From Octopus vulgaris (taxonomy: Eukaryota), in contig OX597817.1 of assembly GCA_951406725.2 (NCBI GenBank), positions 22,010,001-22,074,000 of the forward strand: a DNA stretch of 64,000 nucleotides. The letters run 5' to 3'. Below, in pieces: positions 54,672 to 64,000 of this stretch; the stretch's first letter is position 1; the number at the start of each line of letters is the position of its first letter. Under the pieces are notes generated by a model, which saw nothing but the letters and a program-made list of their open reading frames with translations, ran no database searches and was not told the origin of the DNA. The translations under genes were made by a program, and so were the position numbers.

Positions 54672-55463
54672 TTAGGAAACACTGTGAAAAGGTTGGGAAC
54701 ACTACTATAGATGTTAGGCTATATAACGATATTGATATCAGAAAGTTCTTAAAAGGACGGTGAATTAAAGCTTGGTGCTGATAATAATCCAATGTAAGGT
54801 AAATGCACACACACACACACACAATCTCTCTCCCTCTCTCTTTTTCTCTCTCCTCTCTCTTTCTCTTCATCTCTCTTTCCTTCGCTGTCTCCCTCTATCA
54901 CTCTCTCCCTCGCTTTCTCTTCCTTTCTCTCCATCGTTCTTTCTCTCTCTCTCTCTCTCTCTCTCACACCATACACGCTCACACATACATAAACACAACT
55001 GCGCAAACAGACGCACAATTCAAACACACATTACACACACACACACACACACACACACAATACACACATACACAAACAAACAAACAAATAAACAAACAAA
55101 CAAAACAACCAACACTCATACCCATAAACATACACAAATAATTATTGACCGCTGTACACAAAGAAAATTATTAAAATGTTGCCAACAAGGAATTACTTTC
55201 TGGTTGCGCAATTTACTTGAAATAGTAACAAAATTTCCATCTTATCATACACTGGCATCTTAAAAAAAAGAAAAGGGTATATTTGGTTAATGTAATCCTA
55301 GATATCCTTAGAAATATGGGGTGGTCACTGCTGAACTGTCTTTACTGACAGACTTGGTTTACCAGGATTTCCATTAGAAAAATAAACAATAAAAACAACA
55401 TTATTTACACTATTTACATTATTTACATTCGGCGGATATTTTGTCCTCATCTTGTTTGTTGTT

Positions 55464-55509
55464 AACACAACGTTTCGGCTGATACACCCATCAGCCTTCT
55501 TCAAGTGTC
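55464..55509 (-). ncRNA. Hammerhead motif with mutated core (UUGAAGA)
   Basis: Minus strand GACAC-UUGAAGA-A-GGCUGAU...AUCAGCC-GAAA-CG-UU-GUGUU. Confidence 0.55.
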
Positions 55510-55777
55510 TTGGGGAAATTTCGAACCTGGGTTCTCATTCCTAAGGTATTTTTCTATGTCATTATTATTATTATTGTTCAGGTCACTGCTTGGAATTGAA
55601 CTCGGAATTTTGGGGTTAGTAGCCCGCGCTCTTAACCACTACGCCCACGGGCATATGGAGTAGTGGTAAAGAGCGCGGGCTACTAATCCCAATATTCTGA
55701 GTTCTGTTCCAAGCAGTGACCTGAACAATAAAAATAACAACAACAACAGCAGCACAGTCAACAATAATAGCATAATC

Positions 55778-55848
<71 letters not shown>

Positions 55849-55856
55849 TGATGATA

Positions 55857-55923
<67 letters not shown>

Positions 55924-55970
55924 TCGAAAAATAACTTAGGAATGAGAACCCAGGTTCGAAATTTCCCCAG

Positions 55971-56016
55971 GACACCTGAGGAAGGCTGGTGGGTATATCG
56001 GCCGAAACGTTGTGTT
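55971..56016 (+). ncRNA. Minimal type-I hammerhead ribozyme, best-preserved copy
   Basis: GACAC-CUGAGGA-A-GGCUGGU-ggguau-AUCGGCC-GAAA-CG-UU-GUGUU: all stems pair, core CUGANGA/GAAA/UH intact. Confidence 0.8.
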
Positions 56017-56978
56017 AACAACAAACCAGATGAGGTCAAAATATCCGTCGAATGTAAATAATGTAAATAGTGTAAATAATGTACATAATTCCTCATCTCT
56101 TAAATATAGAACTGGATAAAAACAACAACAATAGGTATAAAGTAAACAAATAAATTACCAACCAGCTTCTTGCACGGACAGCCACTCGGGATGCATTTAG
56201 GATACAGAGAAAGAGCGCACAGCCGTTTGTTTCCTCTTCAGAATAGAAACGGTGGGTTGAACCATTCTCCCAGGACAAACTAGTAAGTTTTACTCATAAT
56301 TTCGTAAAATATATTCGAGGCCAGGATATTGCTTTCCAGTAGTCACCTTCTACTTTGCGCTGGAGAGAAAACAAAACAAAACTCTGACCTCGGCCCTTTA
56401 CAAATAATTAATAACGATAGCTATTATTATCTAAGAGACAACAGTGTAAAATAAACATATATCAACGACCAACAAACAGAAAAAAAAACATTAATAATAA
56501 TGACGCTAAGAATAAGAATAATCGTTGTGATGATAATAATAGTAATAATAACAAACTTCACAAATAATAGTGCGAAATGCTGATGATGATGATGTGGAGG
56601 ATGAGGATGATGATGATGATGATGATGATGGCTGTAGCAGTATCAATACTAATAAGAAAATAAGCAAAACGAAATGAGTGGAGAAATGAAATTAAGATTT
56701 AGCGTCATATTAAAGTCACGTAGTTTCGTCTATTTGCAAACGAAGAATATATAATATTCTGTTTGCAACGAGAATAAATGACTTATAGGTTTTAACTTCA
56801 ACTGATTAACTATATTTCTGGATAATTCAATTTTGAAGAAGGAAAATTTAGCTATCCAATGACCCCAATAGAGAAATCGATATGAGAGATGCGAGTTAAA
56901 TTTGCAGCATTGCTGAAACTTGAATTGGAGAAATGAATTTCAGCGTGTAATTTCTGCCGGGCAAAATGGATATTACTA

Positions 56979-57070
<92 letters not shown>

Positions 57071-57432
57071 CGGTAGATAATTATGATATCGTTATTGGTG
57101 GTGTTGGTGGTGCAAGATTACAATAGCAAATGATGACAGCATTGGTGATAATGATGGTAGTGGTGATGGTGATGGTGGTGGTGAATGTAACTTCGCATAT
57201 GTACAAATGAGATGAAAGTTAGTGGCCTCCATACCTTTCCATGTGAATTAGCAGCATAGGAAACGTAGCTGCACCTGAAAATTAAAATATTCAATCTTCC
57301 TAAACGACAATAATTCTCCAACAGAAAATAAGATTTTGAAGCACAAAGTTAAATTGTATGTTACACGTTACATTCTAACAAGTCTCCACATGAAGCATTG
57401 GCCGCTGATTTACTTTTACTTTCACTTTCACT

Positions 57433-57485
<53 letters not shown>

Positions 57486-58099
57486 ATCAAATAAACAACT
57501 AGTGTCTTCGATTCATGGGACATTATTTCAGCTCCCACCAATGAATTTCATCCAATAGCAAAGTTGAAAAGGAATCGTTAATTTCACGATGGAATGGAGT
57601 CAATGTACGAGAAGATGTTTACCTGGCGGTCAATGACTGACTGGCTATTTACAGCTTTTGCCAATGGCTTAATGCGTCGACGAAAATACTCATGACACGA
57701 AATGACTCACATTATGTCAATGTTTATACCATCCGTCAGTTGTATATAATCCATTACACTTATTTATTTCTAACTCTCTATGTCGGTTCTTCACCGGATT
57801 ACACATTCAGTAAAAAGAAAGGTTTAACGAAAAATTTGTTATGGATGTAATTATTTCATAGATTTCTTACCTGTCTTGTGAATAAACTTCAGCAAAGAAA
57901 TTTAGGCAATGAAACATAAAAATTACGGAATTCATTTTGTAATATAATGAATAACTTCCAACAGCTTTCTATTTGTCCTAAAACAATATTATTTTCTTTG
58001 AGAGAACATACAAATCTAGAAGCTGATATCTCGTAATTTCAGCCTCGTTAAATTTCGTCATCAGCTTTATCTAAATAAAATATTCTCAATGCAGATTAG

Positions 58100-58315
58100 C
58101 TTCCAATTTTTGGCACAAGACCAGTAATTTTGTGACAGGAGATAAATCGATTACATTGATGCCAGTGCTCAGCTGCTCCTTATTTTATCTAACCCGAAAT
58201 GATGAAAGGCAAAGTCGACCACGGACGAGATTTGGACTCCGAACGTAAAGACAGAGACGAAATGCCGTTACGTACTTTCGCAGTCGTCCCAATCATTCTC
58301 CCAGCTCGGTGCCTT
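58100..58315 (-). mobile_element. Degenerate family A SINE (old tail)
   Basis: GGCACAAGACCAG...GATGAAAGGCAAAGTCGACC...CCAGCTCG. Confidence 0.78.
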
Positions 58316-58563
58316 ATTCTCGACACATATTCAGACCTCTTTCTTTATTGCATTTAAACACAGCTGAATACATACATACATACATATATACATGCATAAT
58401 ACATACATGCATGCATAATACATACATGCATATATATATATATACAAAACGGATTTACAACTTCAATGCCCATATATGTCTTGCATCTATTTTCTTTCCT
58501 CCACCTCACTCTCTATTTTGTATCACATCTAAGCTAACTATGACTCAACTTTCCTCTCACACC

Positions 58564-58615
58564 GTCTCCGATGAAGGGATATTATTAATAAATATCCTAG
58601 AAACAGCTGTAAGAT
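58564..58615 (+). ncRNA. Hammerhead motif, second family, copy 1 (core CCGAUGA)
   Basis: UCU-CCGAUGA-A-GGGAUAUU...AAUAUCCU-A-GAAA-CAGCUG-UA-AGA. Confidence 0.55.
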
Positions 58616-58710
58616 CTTCTAACTCTAAATGATCTATTACCTATACAGCCTTTGTTTCTTTTTTTCTTATTACGCAAACTATTCTAATATATATATATAT
58701 GTGTGTGTGT

Positions 58711-58766
<56 letters not shown>

Positions 58767-59153
58767 GACAATAGAGATTACAAAGCTTGTCATTTTGATT
58801 TATCTTCTCATTCTAACCATACCCCCTATCATCTATCCACAAATACTAGCAATACATTCTCAAATTTTCATTCACCACAAAACATCTTCGAATGAGCAAT
58901 ACAGAATCCACGGCTCCATACTTTGAAATGACTAAACATGAACTACTATTGGATCTTACATACCATGTGCAGGAAACTTTTTTACCACTTCTATACACGA
59001 CTTTACTCGAATAATGGAGCTGCATCTAAAATGTTTTATATTTCATTTCTACCTTCATTCTCTTACTTCCCTCTATATTCCCTATCTCTCCTGTTCCACA
59101 ATAATTCCTTATTTCGAATTCAAACATTTACCTGTATTTAACCATCTCACATC

Positions 59154-59201
59154 GTCTCTGATGAAGGGATATCCATAATATCCCAGAAACAGCTGTAAAA
59201 C
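59154..59201 (+). ncRNA. Hammerhead motif, second family, copy 2 (intact core)
   Basis: GUCU-CUGAUGA-A-GGGAUAU-ccaua-AUAUCCC-A-GAAA-CAGCUG-UA-AAAC; palindromic stem III ACAGCUGU. Confidence 0.7.
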
Positions 59202-59273
59202 TATATCTATATATCTTTCCTTATAAATGTTTTGAATACTCCTCACAGCCTCAGCTTTTTTTATCTCATTTGT

Positions 59274-59325
<52 letters not shown>

Positions 59326-59510
59326 TGCTAATACAAAACCCACATTAAACTCCCCACTCGTATCACTATCGAACCAACAGTTTAACTATGGTCTGACCAT
59401 AGCTCTTACTTAGCGTTACATGCACTCTTTGGATCAACTAGATACCAATAACTTATATATATATATATATGTATATATGTACATAAATATATATATATAT
59501 ATGTACATAA

Positions 59511-59571
<61 letters not shown>

Positions 59572-59905
59572 TAAATATATATATATATACATATATATAT
59601 ATGTATGTACATGTCGAATTTATCATTTTTCAGAACTGGGGAACTTCAAAATTTTCGCGCGTTATATATATATATATATATATGTACGTTTATATAGATA
59701 TATATATATATATATTATATATAATAATATATATATATATATATATTATGTATATATATATAAATATATATATGTATGTATATATATATGTATGTACATG
59801 CATATATAATTTTTAACTTTTATATTTTTAAATTAATTTATGTATTGGCTTATGTTTTTCACTGTTTGATTTGCCTAATAGTGGTTTTATCTCTAATTTA
59901 ATATA

Positions 59906-59966
<61 letters not shown>

Positions 59967-60113
59967 GGGAGGGGAGAAACAGACAGACAGGAAGAGACAG
60001 ATAGAGATAAAGAGATGTTTATGTATGTGTATAGAATTATGTTTGTGGATTAATACATATATATGTATATATGTAAACAGGCGTTATCCCCTCTCTTCTT
60101 TTCTTTTTCTTTG

Positions 60114-60156
<43 letters not shown>

Positions 60157-60496
60157 CTTTCTGTCTCTCTCTTTCTCTCTCCTTGATGACGAATCTTGCA
60201 GACAGATGTGAGATTACTGAGAAGGCTGAGAAACATAGGCCTTTTATTTGACTCAGCTTGTTGCACAAGCTTTATAGAAGCTGTTTCAACCAATTCCGCC
60301 TACATCATTTTCCGACAGCATAGAGACTGATGAGTTGGTAGGAAGAAAGTGGCACTCAAAAGGCTTGTAGGTGTTGCATAAAATTTTAATAAATCATATG
60401 GAACGGAGACAAACGGATATATATAAATGCGTATGTATATATCAGTTTGTATATATATATACTTCATAACTTAAAATTGAATAGAAGATCTGAAAA

Positions 60497-60542
60497 CCAC
60501 CTGATGAATGTCCTTAGAAGAGACACGAAACAATAGTAGTGG
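60497..60542 (+). ncRNA. Hammerhead motif, third family
   Basis: CCAC-CUGAUGA-A-UGUC-cuuagaaga-GACA-C-GAAA-C-aaua-G-UA-GUGG; heads the AT-rich repeat also found at 39520 and 59810. Confidence 0.72.
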
Positions 60543-60728
60543 CTAATTTAATTTTATTTAATTTATATAAAAATTTTTATGTATTGGATTAAGTGTTTCT
60601 TTGTTTGATTTGCATAATAGTGGTTTTGTCTCTAATTAATATTATATAATATTTTACTATAAAATTGTATTCAATCCTAAATCTGATTTTTCCCTGTAAA
60701 TTTGGATTTATTCCCTAATATTTATTAT

Positions 60729-60813
<85 letters not shown>

Positions 60814-60818
<5 letters not shown>

Positions 60819-61138
60819 GTGTACATACCATTACGTATTTATACACGAAAGAGGTGACCTTTGACAGGACACCTTACATGCTAGAAAGGGCAGTCAAAAT
60901 CCAAACCACGAATAAAAGCAATTTCAAAGGGAATGAAAGTAAACAAAAACTATTAATTTATTTGCTCATTAATACAGAAAGTCGAGTTTGAGGTGAACTA
61001 TAAAAATATTTTTATTTTCATTCCTTTCAAATTGCTTTTATTAGTGGTCTGAATTTTGACTGCTCTTTCTAGCATGTAAGGTGTCCTGTCAAAGGTCACC
61101 TAGTTCGTGTATAAATAGTTAATGGTTTGTATACTATT
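60814..61138. mobile_element. MITE/foldback element with ~125-bp terminal inverted repeats at a TA run
   Basis: AATAGTGTACA...AGGTGACCTTTGACAGGACACCTTACATGCTAGAAAG...GAATGAAA mirrored by TTTCATTC...CTTTCTAGCATGTAAGGTGTCCTGTCAAAGGTCACCT...TGTATACTATT. Confidence 0.88.
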
Positions 61139-61529
61139 ATATATGAAAATATGTTGTCTATTGACTTTATTACGCATGCTAGTCACCGGTATGATTCCAT
61201 TAGGACAGAATGCCATGCTTTTGCTGGCCAATGCTTTGTAGAGCCTTCAGCATGATGGCAGTTTTGCATAGGGACAAGTTCTGCAAACGGGTTCTTCAAT
61301 ACGGTTGGTTTTGAATAGGTGTGGTAGAACATAGTGTAGTGCTAACTGCATGCAAGCTGGGAGTTAATCATAGGCGGTGTCATTTGGGTGAGGATAACTA
61401 ATTGCTGAATGATCCTAAACTCCCAGTGACCTTCGAGAACATCAGTGACGACGTATAAAATATCTTGAGTGTCTCTATATGAGAGTATATGTGTTCGTAA
61501 ACTATATTTATAATTATGTATATACAAAC

Positions 61530-61784
61530 GTGGAGGCGCGTGGCCTAGTGGTTCGAGTGTCAGCGTGATGGTCGTAAGATTGTGGTTTCGATTCCTGGAC
61601 CGGGCGAGGCGTTGTATTCTTGAACAAAACACTTCACTTCACGTTGCTCCAGTCTACTCAGCTGGCAAAAATGAGTAACGCTGCGATGGACTGGCGCCCT
61701 GTCCAGTTGGGGAACACATACACCATAGAAACTGGGAAACCGGGCACATGAGCCTGGCTAGGCTTTAAAAGAGCGCATTTATTT
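61530..61784 (+). mobile_element. tRNA-derived CORE-type SINE with a different tail from 8720-9046
   Basis: Box A TGGCCTAGTGG, box B GGTTTCGATTCC, CORE-like TTGAACAAAACACTTCACTTCACGTTGCTCCAGTCTACTCAGCTG, then GCGATGGACTGGCG; tail fragment also at 30395-30450(-). Confidence 0.85.
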
Positions 61785-62348
61785 CTTTATTATACACACA
61801 CACACACACACACACTCGCACGCACACACATAAAACAAATTTCTAGAATGTCTTTAGAGGGATATATAATCCTAGTGTTACCGTGCTCGCTCTTATTGGT
61901 TGACAGTATTAACTAACCTCAGTAAATGTAGATGAACTCCAATTAGTTGAATTTACTACAATAGGTAAATCCAAATGTCTTTATAAGGACATAGTGTCTA
62001 CCGACATATTTATATATGTTTGTGTATGCATATTTTTATATATATTTGAGTGCGTGGGTGCTGTTTTGTGTATACACACACACACAATCACATATATATA
62101 TATATGCCAAGGTATGTATACAAGGACGTTAACGTATGTATTTGCATGCATGTATATGTTTACATATATATGAGTATGTACATTGAATGTATGTGTGTGT
62201 GTTTGTTTATGTGAGTGTGTGTCTGTGTATAAGTATATATATATATATACCCTAACACAGACACACTCAGGCACACAGACACACACGCACACACACATGC
62301 AATTTATATACTCATATATATGCAAACATATATATGAGTATATATGTG

Positions 62349-62422
<74 letters not shown>

Positions 62423-62437
62423 TATATATATATATAT

Positions 62438-63823
62438 GGAAACAAGTCCCTTGCAGTGAATTACCGTCCGATCTCACTCACCTCTCATATCATCAAGGTA
62501 TTTGAGAGGGTGGTGAGATCTCGAATAACCCAATTTCTGGAAAGCAACAGACGGCTGATCTCCAACCAACATGGGTTCCGTAATGGAAGGGACTGCCTAA
62601 CGCAGCTCCTGCATCACTTTGAGGACATTTTGAGAGCTTTGGGAGAGGGCTCCAACACCGATGTCATCTACCTTGATTTCAGTAAGGCCTTCGACAGAGT
62701 CGATCACAAGATCCTATTGAAAAAACTATCCAACATTGGTGTCTCTGGAAAGTTACTGAAATGGATTAAGTGTTTCCTGACAGACAGATCTCAACATGTT
62801 GTAGTTGAAGGGGTAAAATCAAGCCCAGCCAAAGTCAGTAGTGGCGTTCCGCAAGGCACTGTGCTGGGCCCACTTCTTTTCATCATTTACATTAATGACA
62901 TTAATGACATCATCAAGCACAGCAACATAAAAATCTTTGCAGATGACTCCAAGCTACAGAAGGTCATAAATGAGGCGAGTGACCGGACATGCCTTCAGTC
63001 AGATCTACTGGCTGTTATCCAATGGGCAGAAAAAAACAATATGCTGCTGAACGAGGATAAATTTGAGCTAATCCACTTTGGAAAAGAGGATGCCCTGAAA
63101 CTCCCATACTTCCTTCCTTCAGGTGAAACTCTCGCGGCGTCCAACAACATCAGAGACTTGGGAGTAATTGTGGACAACAACGTAAGCTGGGCCACTCATA
63201 TAAACACCAAAGTTGACATGGCCCGCAGAATGTGTTCCTGGATTCTCAGAACTTTCCAGTCGAGAGATATCCACACCATTATCCTTCTCTTCTCCACTTT
63301 TGCCCGACCCCACCTTGAATACTGTTGTCCACTGTGGTCTCCCCACACAATACAAGGTATCATAAAAGTTGAAGCACCTCAAAGGGCAATCACAAAAAAG
63401 ATAGATGGCATGACAGGCCTCGACTATTGGGGTCGGCTAGAAAAGCTAAAACTCTATTCTCTCCAACGTCGTCGTGAGCGCTACATCATCTGCATGATGT
63501 GGAAAATATTCCATCAGCATTGCCCAAATGATGTTGGCATCACCTTTAAGGTACATCTAAGGCTTGGGCCCCGTGCCATCCGCCCAAAACAAAAATCGCA
63601 CTCTCATCTCATAACAACAATACGGCACAATTATTTCACCTCAATTGGCCCCGCTCTCTTTAACATTACACCAAAACACATTAAAACAGAAACTGACCCT
63701 ATAGGGTTCAAGAAGTCTTTGGACAGATTCCTTCAAGAAATCCCGGATAAACCCCCTACACCTGGATATGTCTCTGTAAACAATAACTCTCTACTTGAGT
63801 GGGCCATAGTGCCCAAATTCTGA
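62438..63823 (+). CDS. Non-LTR reverse transcriptase + C-terminal domain (ORF2, lacking endonuclease and true start)
   Basis: [66 protein letters not shown]; 461 sense codons with no stop or frameshift. Confidence 0.95.
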   Translation, partial: GNKSLAVNYRPISLTSHIIKVFERVVRSRITQFLESNRRLISNQHGFRNGRDCLTQLLHHFEDILRALGEGSNTDVIYLDFSKAFDRVDHKILLKKLSNIGVSGKLLKWIKCFLTDRSQHVVVEGVKSSPAKVSSGVPQGTVLGPLLFIIYINDINDIIKHSNIKIFADDSKLQKVINEASDRTCLQSDLLAVIQWAEKNNMLLNEDKFELIHFGKEDALKLPYFLPSGETLAASNNIRDLGVIVDNNVSWATHINTKVDMARRMCSWILRTFQSRDIHTIILLFSTFARPHLEYCCPLWSPHTIQGIIKVEAPQRAITKKIDGMTGLDYWGRLEKLKLYSLQRRRERYIICMMWKIFHQHCPNDVGITFKVHLRLGPRAIRPKQKSHSHLITTIRHNYFTSIGPALFNITPKHIKTETDPIGFKKSLDRFLQEIPDKPPTPGYVSVNNNSLLEWAIVPKF

Positions 63824-63907
63824 CTTGAAAGACTTCACCAGGTGGTGCTATTAAGTTAGACATGGCCTGGGCCAATAATGGCCGAAACTATCAAAGTATC
63901 AAAGTAT
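62438..63907 (+). mobile_element. 5'-truncated CR1-group LINE inserted in (TA)n
   Basis: Abrupt shift to higher GC at the TA tract, RT ORF, short 3' UTR with hairpin GGCCA-ataa-TGGCC (63870-63883) and (ATCAAAGT)x2 tail. Confidence 0.92.
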
Positions 63908-63918
63908 ATGTATACATG

Positions 63919-64000
<82 letters not shown>

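Larger units (their letters stand above)
55400..56114. mobile_element. Foldback (head-to-head) pair of PLE terminal repeats, no ORF
   Basis: The left arm 55400-55645 is the reverse complement of the right arm 55646-56114 (with an expanded AAT tract); centre GCCCACGGGC. Confidence 0.9.

Noticed and set aside
62183-62437. N-terminal 85 codons of the 546-aa ORF
   Set aside because: Translated (TG)/(CA)/(TA) microsatellite that happens to be in frame with the truncated LINE; not a real N-terminus.

Overview
AT-rich, microsatellite-saturated, non-coding animal DNA (intergenic or inside a large intron). The SINE families and the density of TA/AGAT/AAT/TACA repeats suggest an octopus or other coleoid cephalopod; this is an inference from recall, not a database match. 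No host protein-coding gene can be called with confidence, and almost all listed ORFs are microsatellite artefacts. Real coding signal comes only from retroelements: an uninterrupted but 5'-truncated CR1-type LINE reverse transcriptase (62438-63823), a decayed Penelope-like element (PLE; RT + GIY-YIG, 19070-20333), L1/Tx1-like ORF2 ends and a Dong/R4-like 3' end sitting in (TAA)n. The window also holds about four tRNA-derived SINE families, a non-autonomous Helitron and MITEs. Most interesting are: (i) several distinct repeat families with minimal type-I hammerhead ribozyme folds, one of which couples a tRNA-like Pol III promoter to the ribozyme and occurs as a PLE terminal repeat, a solo copy and a 700-bp foldback; (ii) hammerhead-shaped motifs with non-canonical cores; (iii) a young SINE that repeatedly lands at the same GGTA(T/A) position inside SINE heads; (iv) a non-repetitive multi-hairpin island at 36.7-37.1 kb and a TGA-interrupted exon-like frame at 52.2-52.6 kb. 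Coordinates were counted by hand, so boundaries of degenerate elements are approximate.
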